51,991 bases of DNA from Octopus sinensis (Eukaryota), in assembly GCF_006345805.1 (NCBI RefSeq), contig NW_021831960.1, positions 1 to 51,991 on the forward strand. The letters are read 5' to 3'. The position numbers and the translations under genes are program-made. Within the stretch, counting starts at the first letter, position 1, and each line of letters starts with the position of its first letter. The notes beneath the pieces were generated by a model. That model searched no databases. It was not told the origin of the DNA and saw only the letters and a program-made list of their open reading frames with translations. Shown piece by piece: positions 26,037 through 38,818 of this stretch.

Positions 26037-27565
26037 CTAGCGTTATGACCCGGCGTTGCCGAGTCATAGTGCTAGTGCATGTATATATGTGTATATATAT
26101 GTGTACATATTACATGTACATCTATATATATACGTCTACACATAAAATACAAAATACAAAGTTATATCTTGATATCGCTAGTGATAACAATACTCAAAAT
26201 ACATAACAGACTGGAATTGTAGGCCCGTCTCTTGCAATTTCGATCAATTGTATCTTGTCCTCCCTCTTGTATAGAAGTGTGGCTACAATCCAGCCTACCT
26301 ATATTTCTGGGGGGATATTTTTAATTTTTATCCGGGACGTCCTACTTCTCAGATATAAAGGTAAAAATAAAATATTTCCACTTTGCAAGGTTCGAGTCGA
26401 GTACTCCCTTGCACGCTCCGTTGACTCGAACCTTGCTTCTATTGTGGCGAATTTACCGCCTCTGGTTAGATACTTGATATCTTTCATAGTCGCACCAAAA
26501 CACTTTTCGATGGTGCTTTCCTCCAGGTGTTCAAATTTTTTTTTTCTCTACATTGTATACTTTGTAGACAATAGTCTTTTCTTTAATTTAATTTTTTATT
26601 TCGTTTGGTGGTGTTATCCTAGATTCACCGTCTTTGTCGGTGATCAATCCGAAATAGGTTTGTAATACTTCCATTTTAATTTTAATGAGTTCGCGCCCGC
26701 CGACGGCTGCAGAAAAATTCATTTTTGGACTTTCTTCTATCGAAGGTATTTTAACAAAAATGCTTCCGTATAAACGGTGAAAATTTTGTCAATTTCCCCA
26801 AACAGGGACACAATTCAATTTTTAAACAAAGGGGAGGGTTACAGTTTACAATTATTTAACAAATGCAACACAACGTTACATATAGCTAAACTTCATATAG
26901 ATACTTAATGCTAGCTAATTAGCAGATAATCTAATGTAAAAGCCGTGCTAAAGGGTATGTGCACAGCTCCATCCGGACTATTCCATTTCTGCACATTAAT
27001 TTTATTTTTAATTTATTCCCATTCATGTGAAACCACTTATTCAAGTTCAAGTCATTGATGCAATTTTATACCAATTGCTATTTTTACTTTTAATTGTTAT
27101 GTTACGATTTAATTATTATATTATACTTTAGTTTGATTTTGATTATTACTTACTACATATAATTCAATTGTTATTATAATCTCTAATTTTTATTGTTAAA
27201 GTGAAAGTATCTGACATAAAATAGAGAAATGTTTTTGTTTCACTTTTAACACGTAATACTGAAATAGTGGAGAAGATATGATGTTGCTATGGGCTCGCTC
27301 TAGGCAAGAAGTTGAACATTTTTTTACCCATGAAACTACATGGACCCTAAGTAAGGCATGTGTAAAATTTGAATGAAATTGGTTATGTAGTTCTCAAGTT
27401 TTATGGAAACGTAGTGGAGAAGATAAGATATTGCTGTGGGCTCGCCCTAGGCAAAAAGTTTAAAAAAATTTTGCCGATGACACTCTCCGGACCCTAAGTA
27501 GGGCATGTATAAAATTTGAATGAGAAGCACACAGACACATATTCTCAGTTTTATATAGAGGGAGA
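26037..27565 (-). mobile_element. Non-autonomous Helitron
   Basis: On the minus strand it starts A|TCTCCCTCTATATAAAACTGAGAAT and ends with a terminal hairpin then CTAG|T. Plus-strand hairpin: ACTAGCGTTATGACCCGGC-GTT-GCCGAGTCATAGTGCTAGT (26036-26076). Internal ~147-bp tandem repeat at 27265-27525. Confidence 0.75.
26260..26675 (-). pseudogene. Tx1-type LINE ORF1 fragment inside the Helitron
   Basis: KEKTIVYKVY...IEKCFGATMKDIKYL...SRIKIKNIPPEI aligns by eye with ENKTIVYKII...VEKCLKNIMKE...SRITIRNVPPDM of the ORF1 at ~6100-6390. Contains stops. Confidence 0.75.
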
Positions 27566-27614
27566 TGTGTATGCGTGTGTGTATGTGTGTGTGTACGTGT
27601 GTGTGTATGTTTGT

Positions 27615-27880
27615 ATATTATTATAACAATAATTCAGGGTTTAACAAAAGTTGCTAGACCACATACCGAAAAATTTAGAAATAGCAGCCAAAAGACCGTT
27701 ATTTCTTTTCGCTACAAAATATGACTCCACAGACAACCCTCTCTGTAACTCACACAGGCAAAAAAAAAACAGAAGGAAAATAATGAAATTAAACAGTCTT
27801 CGGTTAATTATGGACGCGTTTCTGGATTAGAGTTATAAAACTCATTTCCTTATCAACATAATATTCCGATAGTTATAAAT
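27615..27880 (-). mobile_element. Probable Penelope-like element terminal fragment
   Basis: Minus strand TGATAAGG...TCCAGAAACGCGTCC, a hammerhead-like signature of the kind found in PLE pseudo-LTRs. Confidence 0.45.
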
Positions 27881-27892
27881 TTAAAAATGCTA

Positions 27893-28252
27893 GAAATGTT
27901 TAGCGATATTTTGTCTACCGCTACGTTCTGAGTTCAAATTCCGCCGGGGTCGACTTTGCCTTTCATCCTTTCGGGGTCGATTAAATAAGTACTAGTTACG
28001 CACTGGGGTCGATATAATCAACTTAATCCGTTTGTCTGTCCTTGTTTTTCCTCTCTGTGTTTAGCCTCTTGTGGGTAGTAAAGAAATAGGCATTTCGTCT
28101 ATCTTTACGTTCTGAGTTCACATTCCGCCGAGGTCGACTTTGCCTTTCATCTTTTCGGGGTCGATAAATTAAGTACCAGTTGCATACTGGGGTCGATCTA
28201 ATCGACTGGGTTCCTCCCCAAAAGTTTCGTGCCTTGTGCCTAGAGTAGAAAC
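27893..28252 (+). mobile_element. Dimeric SINE family A
   Basis: Same core/tail 1/core/tail 2 layout as 19210-19610. Confidence 0.88.
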
Positions 28253-28689
28253 GATTATTATATTTCTTCGTTTCTCTTTTCATTTCTTCCTTTCTTTCGT
28301 TCTTTCTTTCTTTCTAGTTGGAATTACGCCGGGTCCAGCTATGCCTCTAATCCTTTCGAAAGCGATATAATACAGTAACAAGCCAGTAGTGAGGTCGACA
28401 TCATTGGCTTAACCTAATTCCAACTTCAAATTCTGAGCGTTGTGTCTAATCTGGAAGCGTATATAAAAGCAGCGGATTGGCAGAATCGTTACAGCATCGA
28501 ACAGAAGAATGACAGAATGCGTTATTTTCCTGCTTCTTTGTTTTCTGAAATCGAATTCTACGAAAATCATTCTTTGAACTTCAGCCTTTCAGAACCGTTT
28601 AAAATAAAGTACAGTCAAATTCGGGGCCGATTTTAATTCAGTTACTCCCCTTGCCCTACGTCCATACCTGGAGCTAATATTCTTTTCTG

Positions 28690-28872
28690 TTGGACGCACA
28701 AGGCCTCAGATTTGAGGGAAGGGATTAAGTCGATTACATCGAACCCAGTGCGTAAAAGCTACTTAATTTATCGACCCCGAAATGATGAAAGTCGACCCCG
28801 GTGGCATTTGAACTCCGAAATACCGCTAAGTATTTCGCCCAGCGTGCTAACGATTCTGCCTGTTTGTCGCCC
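28690..28872 (-). mobile_element. SINE family A, degenerate
   Basis: TTAATTTATCGACCCCGAAATGATGAAAG...ATACCGCTAAGTATTTCGCCCAGCGTGCTAACGATTCTGCC. Confidence 0.8.
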
Positions 28873-29367
28873 TACCTTGTGCCAATATTAGAAGCAATTA
28901 TTATTCCAATTGTTGTTATCGTTGACTTTGTTTTTGTTAAGGATCGGTAAACGAAATAGCTTTGAAATTGCTATGCAGCTGAGAAAGGAAACTTTACGTA
29001 AATATCCCTGCGTTCTCTGCATCTGCCTGTCAAGATACAGATTGTTTTAACAGATTCGAGATACGCCTCACCATCGTTTATACATGGCAGTACGTCTGTG
29101 AGTGCATGTATTTATATATGTATGTGTGTGTGGGAGTGTGTTTGCGGTGGGGTTATTTAAATATATATGTGCATCTTTGCATGTATGTATGTATATATGC
29201 ATGTATATGCATGCATGTATATATATATATATATATAAGCTTATATATATATATATATATATAGTTATATGTGTTTGTGTGTATGTGTATGATTGTAATA
29301 TAAGTATACATATATATGCACGTACACACACATAGGTATGCATGTATGTATATGAGTATATGTATGC

Positions 29368-29414
<47 letters not shown>

Positions 29415-29570
29415 ATATATATCTATACAAACATGCATACACACACACATATATATATATATGTATATGAATATGCTTGTATTTATAACTATATATATGC
29501 ACACACGCACACACACACACGCACGCATACGCACGCACACATACATACATACACACAGATAGATACATAT

Positions 29571-29647
<77 letters not shown>

Positions 29648-29723
29648 CGTACATACGTGTTAGTACGTATTTGGGTGCGTTATACAGATTTTCAGGGTTT
29701 TTTCAGAATCAGTGCGTAGTTTG

Positions 29724-29767
<44 letters not shown>

Positions 29768-29827
29768 AAGCGTGCCCGACTTTTTACTACAACTTATTCT
29801 TTTCCTTTTTTTTTTTTGTATTTTCAG

Positions 29828-29981
29828 ATATGAATAGAGAATCGTTGACTTTCGATTGAAGTCCCCTTAAGTGTTATAAACAATATGAATGAAATCTTAT
29901 AACAAGAAACGAGCGAGTGCAGCTGACGTGTGCCTCATTCATCGCGGACTCCATCTCCACCTTGGGTTAAAAGCTTTACCT
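29828..29981 (+). other. Candidate non-coding (UTR or lncRNA) exon
   Basis: Long polypyrimidine tract plus TTTTCAG at 29821-29827, and GTAAGT at 29982, bracket 154 nt of non-repetitive sequence. All three frames have early stops. Confidence 0.35.
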
Positions 29982-30464
29982 GTAAGTGACGAGTTAATGA
30001 GAGAATTAAATGTTTGTAAGAGTGTGGAGAAGGAGTGAGAGGATGGGAGGAGGAAAGTAGAGTGTGAGAGACAACCAGAGAGGGAATCAGTAACAAGTAG
30101 TGAATGTACGTGTGGGGTGGGGGTTAATGTGGGCGTGTGGTGTGCGCGTGTGTTTGGTATGTTGCGAGTAGAGACGTTGCGTGCGGAAGAATGAAAGGAA
30201 GAGAGAAGAGAGAGAGACCGTGTGTGTGTGTGTGTGAGATAAACAGAAGAAGAATGTTAGAAAGAGTGAGGTAAAGAGTGAGTGATAGAGACTCGGATTG
30301 GAGTATAGGAGAAACACGGTGAAGCAAAGAATAAAGGAGTGCAAGAGAGAAAAGGGGAGGAGGAGGTGTGTGTGTGTGTGTGAGAGCGAGAGAGAGAGAG
30401 AGGGAGAAAGTGACTGAGAGAAAAGGAGATAGTGTGCATGTGTGAAAGAGAGGGAGAGAGAGAG

Positions 30465-30687
30465 AAAAGAAGAAGAAGAAGAAGAAGAAGAGGATGATGA
30501 TGATGAAGATGAAGATGAAGAAGAAGAAGAAGAAGAAGATGATGATGATGATGAAGATGAAGAAGAAGAAGAGGATGATGATGATGAAGATGAAGAAGAA
30601 GAGGATGATGATGATGATGAAGAAGAAGAAGAAGAAGAAGAAGAAGAAGAAAAAAAGAAGGAAAAGAAGAAGAAGAAGAAGAAGAAG

Positions 30688-30718
<31 letters not shown>
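30465..30718. repeat. (GAA)n/(GAT)n trinucleotide array with higher-order blocks, inside a purine-rich tract
   Basis: Recurring GAAGAAGAAGAGGATGATGATGATGAAGAT blocks followed by pure GAA. Confidence 0.95.
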
Positions 30719-30719
<1 letters not shown>

Positions 30720-31499
30720 GAGCAAGCTAGAAACACACACTGACTGTTTGAGTGAGGGAGAAAGAGAGAGTGAGAGAGGAGGGGGCTAGGGCGATGTGTG
30801 TGTGAGAGAGAGAGAGGGGGGGAGAAGAGAAGTGAGTGAGACAGGGCCCGACAGACAGGCAGAGAGAAAGCTAGAAACAGAGACTGAAGGAGAAAGAGTG
30901 GGAGAGAGAGAGAGAGAGAGAGATTGTGGAGGCTGGGCTGTGAATAATGACGCTTGCTTTTTTTTTTTCTGATATCAAAACATGACATATTGTAGAACTA
31001 GCTTGGTGGGGGGGGGAGGTTGTCAAAGGTAACACAAATAGCGGGTCATTAAATAAACGTCAGTTTATCTTAAGAGGAGAGTGTACGTGTGAAGGGAGGT
31101 AATTCCTGTTTTTCTTCGTTTCTTCTTTCATGAATCTTTTTTTTTTTATGATAAGTTTACGTGTGTTTTTCTATTTAGTCAACACATTTAGATGTGTGTT
31201 TTAGGTTTGGTTGTCCTTTAAAGTTTAACTGTTATCATTATTTTCTTTCTGTAATTGGTGTATCTATTGTGTGTGTATGCGCGTATGTGTGTGTATATAT
31301 CTAGCATATGTGTGTGTGTGTGTGTGTGTGTGTTCCAAATGAATACATGCGAACATTAACGTACTAGTGAATCTGTTTTATATATAAATACGCACATACA
31401 TATGCATGCATATATATATATGTGTGTGTGTGTGTGTGTCCCCGTCTGTATCTGTGTATGTATGTGTGTGTGTGTGTGTGTGTGAAATATAAGCTCATG

Positions 31500-31882
31500 T
31501 ATGGCTGTGTGGTAAGAAGTTTGCTTCCCAACCACATGGTTCCGGGTTCAGTCCCACTGCGGGTCACTTAGGGCAAGTATTTCTACTATACTCTCGGGCC
31601 GACGTGGATTTGGTGGATGGAAACTGAATGAAGCCCATCTTATATATGTGTGTCTGTCTTTCTGTCTTTCTGTCTGACTGACTGTTTGTCTGTCTCTCAT
31701 CACTACTTGACAACCGGTGTCGGTGTGTTTACATCCCCTGTTATCTAGTAGTGCGGCAAAAGTGATCGATAGAATAAGTACCTGACTTTAAACGAAAAAG
31801 GTACTGGGATCGATTCGCTTGACAAAAAAAATATACCTTTAAGGCAGTGCTCCAACATGGCCGCAGTCTAATTACTGAAACC
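31500..31882 (+). mobile_element. Near-complete SINE family B (tRNA-like head, CORE-like segment, internal microsatellite, hairpin tail)
   Basis: TGGCTGTGTGGTAAG (A box), GGTTCAGTCCC (B box), GGGCAAGTATTTCTACTATA, and tail GGCAGTGCTCCAACATGGCCGCAGTCTAATTACTGAAAC. Confidence 0.85.
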
Positions 31883-32722
31883 AATATATATATACACTTA
31901 TATTTGCGTATAAATGTGTGTGTGTGTGTTGTGCGTGTGTGTTTATATAAGTTTGTATGTGCACCATTAATAATTACAACGAATCAAATAAGAAAGAAAT
32001 CTGTTACAAAGTAGAATATAAATTGCATTATTTAAAAGAGTCTCCGGAAACGGATAGAGTCGCTCACGCCTTCCATTCCAGATTCTTCTGACTAGATTTG
32101 TCGAATGAACCTCATAACAGAGAATGATTTTGTTTTCTTGGTTTTTGCCTCTTCTTTTAAAGACGAAAGGGCGTAGTCGTTTTAATAATGAGTTGTTACT
32201 TCTAGCATATCGGATGACCATATAAAAGTCCCCTAGTTGGCTCAAATATCCATTTAATCTACTATAAAAAGAAAGGCATTCAGACGAGAGGATTATCATG
32301 CTCACTGGAAACGTGTAAGGGTTAAAAGGTCGCAGGAAACGGGCAAAAGTTTGTACGAAATGCGCTGAATCCGTTGTCGAAGGAACTCGAACTATATTCC
32401 CTGTTGTTAGACTATTTTGTATTTTTACCGCGTGTTACATCATCAGTGGTATAATATAATAGGGAATTATTTGTATTGGGAATATCCAGGTGTGGACGAG
32501 GCTGGTTGTGTGCTTAAGAAGCTGCCTTTGCAAACATATGGTTCCGGGTTGAAGTGCACAGCGGAACAATTTGGACAAGCGTCTGCGATCGACTACTGAG
32601 CTGGATAGCCCAAATGCCTTGCATGTGATATTGATAGAACCCCTTGTATATATGAATATATACATATGTGTGTATGTGTGTTTGTGTCTCTCTGTGTGCG
32701 TGTGTGGTGTATATATATATAT

Positions 32723-32997
32723 ATATTTGGAGAGAAGATTTTTCTCAAAGAGTTAATATTGAGAAAAGAACCCTTTTAGAAGATCGAAAGACATTAACCT
32801 TTGGGAAGAGATTTTACAAAATGTGTGTAACTCTTGCTTGAAAACATTGAGAACTGAAAGCGCTTACATATCTACAAAAACAAAAGCCACACATATTTTG
32901 TGAAATCTCTTTCCAAAGGGGTTAGTGCCTTTCGACTTTCTAAAAAGGTTCTTTTCTCAATCTTAACTCTTTGAGAAAAAATCTTCTCCCCAAATAT
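32723..32997. mobile_element. Foldback MITE with ~105-bp imperfect inverted arms in a TA context
   Basis: ATATTTGGAGAGAAGATTTTTCTCAAAGAGTTAATATTGAGAAAAGAACC... pairs with ...GGTTCTTTTCTCAATCTTAACTCTTTGAGAAAAAATCTTCTCCCCAAATAT. Confidence 0.85.
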
Positions 32998-33103
32998 TAT
33001 AACTGTATCAAGGAATTTACAAAACACACATACATACATATATCTGTATGTATGTATGTATATATATGTATATATATATATGTATATATATATAGGTATA
33101 TAT

Positions 33104-33181
<78 letters not shown>

Positions 33182-33188
<7 letters not shown>

Positions 33189-34332
33189 ATTCAGAAGGAA
33201 ATTCCGATTTTCTTATCCACCAAGTTTGACAGTCATTAATTCTAATGTTTTATCGTGACAATTCTTTGTTTTATAACATTGAAGAGTTACATCATCACTT
33301 TTGGAAATGTAATTCATGGTATCTAATTATATTGTGAGTTTTCTGTTGTAAATCAACTTTTGTGAACCTACGAATAGATAAAAAATTCGTGTTGTTTATG
33401 AATATGAGTTCCGTCGTGGAACCAGTGCACCCAACACAGCTCGGAACATGAATGAGGTTTTTACTGGAGATGTGGCGAATGAGCGCAATGTACGTCGATA
33501 GTTTGAGAAGTTCCGGTCTGGTGACGACTTTACTCTTGAAAATCAGCCCCGTGGTAAACCTTAGACCAAAGTGCATAATGATGAACTGGAAACTGTAGTG
33601 GAGACGGATAGATCTCAAACTATGCGTGAGTTAGCAGCAAGGTGTGATGTTTCGATTCCGACTGTATTGGACCATCTGAAACAAATCGGTAAAGAAGCTG
33701 GACAAGTAGGTACCATACGAACTTGAAGAGCATCAAATGACACGTCGTCTTGAAACTTGCTATTCTTTGCTGTCACAGCATAAAAGCGAACCATTTTTGC
33801 ATCGTATTGTTACGTGTGATGAAAAATGGACTTTTTTTCAACAATAGCAAGCGTTCTGCACTGTTTTTGGATATTCACCAAGGAATATTCATAAAAAAAT
33901 GTTAATGTTTGGCGGTCCAGCGCTGGTATCACCCACAACAGCTTCATGGGACCTAGTAAGTCAATTACAACGGATGTTTACATCAACCAAGTGGATGAAA
34001 TGATGAGGGGACTTACAATCAAATAACTAAGATTGGTCAAAAGAGACAGGTTAATTCTCTTGCAAAGACAATGCTTGACCACATGTTGCACAAAGAACGC
34101 TACTCAAGTTACAGGAACTGAACTTGGAAGTTCATCCACCATATTCACCAGACCTTGCACCAAATGACTATCTCGTTTTCCAGACATTAGACAACTTTTT
34201 GCAAGGAAAAAACTTCAAGTCTGAAGAAGATGCAAAAACAGCCTTTTGTGATTTCACCAGATTGCTTTTTGTTGAGATAAAGTGAAATAAAATTTCAGTT
34301 GAAACTCAGGCTTTTCATTCTTAATGACATGA
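33182..34332 (+). mobile_element. Degenerate mariner (cecropia/Hsmar1-like transposase)
   Basis: IRVVYEYEFRRG..TARNMNEVF, FEKFRSGD, HLKQIGK, FLHRIVTCDEKW and HPPYSPDLAPNDY, with stops and frameshifts. Decayed TIRs TAAAGTCATTCAGAAGGAAATTCC and GGCTTTTCATTCTTAATGACATGA, TA-flanked. Confidence 0.88.
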
Positions 34333-34565
34333 TATATATTTATATTTACATACCTTGAATATATACACATACATACATACACACATACATACATACATAC
34401 CCATACATACATACATACATACATACATACATACTACTCCATACATACATACATACATACATACATACACATACATACATGCATACATACATACCACCAC
34501 ACATACATACATACTACATGCTGCATGCATGCATACATACATACATACATACATACATACATACA

Positions 34566-34597
<32 letters not shown>

Positions 34598-35885
34598 ATT
34601 TTGTTTGCCTCCCTTTCTTTGATATCTTCCAGTCTTTTTTTGTTGCCTTTAACTATTTATAGCATTCCCGTTTAAACCTACAGAAAGCACTGGACTTAAC
34701 TATATTGACGTACAGTGAGGAAATTGTCATGACCTCCAGTCCGATATCTAATGAAAGGAGACCACTGTTTTCTTCACATTTTCTTTCCCTTATACGCTTT
34801 CATTATACACTGAACTTATTTTCTGTATACGTGGCTTCTGTAATGGAGGTAGCGCAGAAGTTGAATCGCATCATTGATTTTCATGTCAGTTGCTTGACAT
34901 CCTGCTTTTGTGGTTTTACAATAGTTGAACAACAGACATAGCTTTAATGTTGAATATACTGCAGAAATAAAATACATCACCCGTCCAAGCCATCACCCTC
35001 CATTATCTACTACTGTTTGCTCTCCTCCTTTACTTCTTTCTTCCAATTTTTGTGTCACCATTTGTCTATATATTTCGAGATATTTGCAATCTGTTAAAGG
35101 TCTTCGGTGAGACAAAGCCGAGGCCAGTATGTAAACAGCAGGAAATTGGTTATGTCAAGATTGTCTTACAGTGAAAGAATGGCAGACAGAAACGACAGAA
35201 AAAGAAACTTAACAAGACAAAAAGGAAGCGAAATGAAACATTCAAATAAACGTAGAAAAGAAGAGGTTGATTCAGAAGAGGAGAGAAGAATTAAAATATA
35301 GTGTTGACAAAATATAAATAGCAGTGCAAGACAGAGAAATAAGGTGAAAACCACGCACAACGATGCTTTCCTACAAGGAAGCACAGCCACTTACATTTGT
35401 ACACTTGCGCGTGTGTATGAGTGTTTGTGTGTGTGTGTGTAGGTTTCTCTGTGAGAACATGTGTAGATATCATATCTTTTCTTCCATTGCGTACTCAACT
35501 TCTGACAGAGTCGTAGCGGCGCCGTCACAATATACGATGTTTCTAGGACAATTAGAATTTGCCGGAGTACGTTGCTTCTTTGCCGGATTTCTTCCGCAGG
35601 GAAATTGAGAAACCGAGAAGAACCGTATCGGTAGCGGATCGGTGCTTTATTTATTGACCTGAAAAGAGGAAAGGCAAGGAAGACCTAGGTAAGATTCCAA
35701 CTCGGATCTTAGAGAACTGGAATGAATACTTCAAGGCATTTACTCTCATCTACCCATCTATATAGATTGGTAGACAAGTAGATAGATAGATAGATACATA
35801 CATACATAATACATACATACATACATACATACATACATACATGCATGCATACATACACACATACATACATACGTAGGGAGGTAGG

Positions 35886-35973
<88 letters not shown>

Positions 35974-36133
35974 AAGACAAGCTGACTGACTGAATGACTA
36001 ACTGACAGATATATGTGTGTGTGTGTGTGTAAGATTCTGCCACAAAAATAGTAAAGTGATGCAATATGATTATTTTAGTCTCTAGTACTGATGAAATATT
36101 TGCTAAAAATATCCTGTATGTTGGAAATCTATA

Positions 36134-36175
36134 TGGTCGTCTGGTCGTCTGGTCGTCTGGTCGTCTGGTCGTCTG
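36134..36175. repeat. 8-bp minisatellite (TGGTCGTC)5
   Basis: Seen directly. Confidence 0.95.
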
Positions 36176-36338
36176 CTTCTGAGGAGAGCGGTTTATTTCA
36201 AATTGATGTAATGATTTCATTGATCGACTAAATGGAGCCGCTTGAAACGGCCGTCATGTACTGATACCGGGCCATCCTTGTTACTTATTTGCTTTAGATA
36301 GATAGATAGATACATACATACATACATACATACATACA

Positions 36339-36400
<62 letters not shown>

Positions 36401-36991
36401 CATACATACATACGTACGTACGTAAATACATACATACATAGAGAGAGATAGAGAGAGAGATAATACAAGGGAAATGTAATATATGTACGGAATAGGAACT
36501 AAACTGCTATCTTGTTGATGTTGCCTGAGACATAAATATTTTCAGTTTTGTATAGAGATTCTGCAGTATGGAATCAAAGGGGAATATGAAAAATCATTCT
36601 AGCGCATTTACTATATAAATCACATAATACCAATTCTATTAAATTCATCATAGACGTTTTATTTCTAAACACTGTACAGAAATGTACGGTACGCAGGGCA
36701 GAAGTAACGAGCTGGACAAGAGCTAGAATCATGCATATATGTGTTTGGCTGTTGGTGTGTGTATGTGTATATTTATGTATATATATATATATATATACAT
36801 ATAATAATAATGTTAGGGAGTAAATCCAAACTTGCAGGGAAAAATTGGATTTAGGATTAAATCAAATTTCACAGTATAAATATAAATATATATATATATG
36901 TGTGTATGTATGTATGTATGTATGTATGTATGTATGTATGTATGTATGTATGTATGTATGTATGTATACAGGTGCGTATGTATATACATAG

Positions 36992-37028
<37 letters not shown>

Positions 37029-37075
37029 TGTCTAAGTACGTGTGCATGTATGTGTCTGTGTCTATGTATAAGAAT

Positions 37076-37250
37076 CTTTTCTACTCTAGGCACAAGGTCC
37101 GAAATTTTTTTTTGGGGGGGGGCGGGCAGTTGATTACATCGACCCAGTACGCAACTGGTGCTTAACTTATTGACCCCGAAAGGATGAAAGGGAAAGTCGA
37201 CCTCGGCAGAATTTGAACTCGGAACGTAAGGACAGACGAAATACGGCCAG
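37076..37250 (-). mobile_element. SINE family A, 3' monomer
   Basis: TTTTCTACTCTAGGCACAAGGTCCGAAAT...GACCCCGAAAGGATGAAAGG...GAATTTGAACTC. Confidence 0.85.
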
Positions 37251-37582
37251 GCATGCTTATCTTTCTGCATGCATATTTACACACAAACTTATATACATAC
37301 AGACTAAGGACAACACTAACTCACAAATACATACAGATATATAATTTATATGTACACGCACGCGCACACACACACACACACACACACGCACACATTCACT
37401 TACACTCACACACACACATAGTTTGAAGAGAACTTTTAAGTGAGAAACTCTAATTAGAGCCACTTTTTGTAAACAACTAATTAAAGTGGGAAAATTACCA
37501 GAAAGGCCATTTCTATTCATATTTTCAAATGTATTATACTGCATCAAGGGCTTTCTATTTCTTATTCTAACATATATATATA

Positions 37583-38050
37583 AGACGAAGACAGGTGGTG
37601 TAGACAACAAACAGATGTATTAGTTTAACGCTCGGGAAGTGAAAAAGTCTTTAAGTTTCGAGCCTACGCTCTTCTACAGAAAGGAACACAGAAAGAAACG
37701 AGGAGAGAAAATAAAGAATGTGTAGTGGCTAGCGATCTCTCAAGGCGAATGCAGGACAGAGGGGTCACACAGGAGAGCTTGGAAGAAGGGGAGATAATAA
37801 AGTAATGGTGATATCAATACGAAAGTTCGCGTGCGTGTGTATAAGAGAGCATGTATGTGCACGTGTAAGAGGACTGGTGACCTTGACGTGTGCGTGTGTG
37901 AATGTGTAGGTATGTGGATGTGGGGCTGGGAAGTGGTCAGTGCTAGTGTGTGCGTCGTGGTGTTAAACATTATGCAATTTTGGTGGCTCCAGTTCTCCGA
38001 TGCCATTAGATTTCCGAATAAACAGATTGACTTCTTTCTCCAGCATTGAC
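37583..38050 (-). mobile_element. Penelope-like element 3' end / pseudo-LTR fragment
   Basis: Minus strand CCTTTCTGTAGAAGAGCGTAGGCTCGAAAC..AAAGACTTTTTCACTTCCCGAGCGTTAAACTAATACATCTG, repeated at 39.9-40.4 kb. EKEVNLFIRK..PKLHNV* weakly resembles a GIY-YIG C-terminus. Confidence 0.55.
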
Positions 38051-38287
38051 TTAATCATGTAGATACCGTTGATGAGAGTCTCCCCACATCCCCCCTGCCG
38101 CGCGTCGCGGTGCCACGACCGATCCCGCGCGAGGAGGAGCCGAACCGTGCGCACCGACGCTACAGTGAGCACGAAGCCGTGTTGCTTCACTGCGTCCCGT
38201 GTGTTGGCCGTGTTGCTCGCGCCCACTACTCCCCAAGCACCCCTATGAAACTGCGCGCAGCCAGACGACGGCGCAACAACGCGCCGT

Positions 38288-38373
<86 letters not shown>

Positions 38374-38375
38374 AT

Positions 38376-38412
<37 letters not shown>

Positions 38413-38566
38413 AGACAACAGACAGACTGATAGATAGATAGATAGATAGATATGATAGATAGATAGATAGATAGAAAGATAGATAGATATATAGATAGAT
38501 AGATAGAGAAATAGAAAGATAGATAGATAGATAGATAGATGAAGATAGATAGTAGATAGATGATAG

Positions 38567-38602
<36 letters not shown>

Positions 38603-38670
38603 AGATGGACAAATGAGTGATGGGCGGGATGGATAGATTTTTGATAGGTGATAGATAGACGACAGACAAC

Positions 38671-38750
<80 letters not shown>

Positions 38751-38818
38751 GGACAAATGGAGTGATGGGCGGATGGATAGATTTTTGATAGGTGATAGAT
38801 AGACAGACAGACAAACAG

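Noticed and set aside
30087-30988. Poly-E/D/K 'acidic protein' and poly-S/H ORFs
   Set aside because: GAA/GAT trinucleotide array open in several frames on both strands, with no complex coding flanks.
32305-32325. piggyBac-like end (AAGGG-TTAA)
   Set aside because: Only 9 bp and no matching opposite end found.
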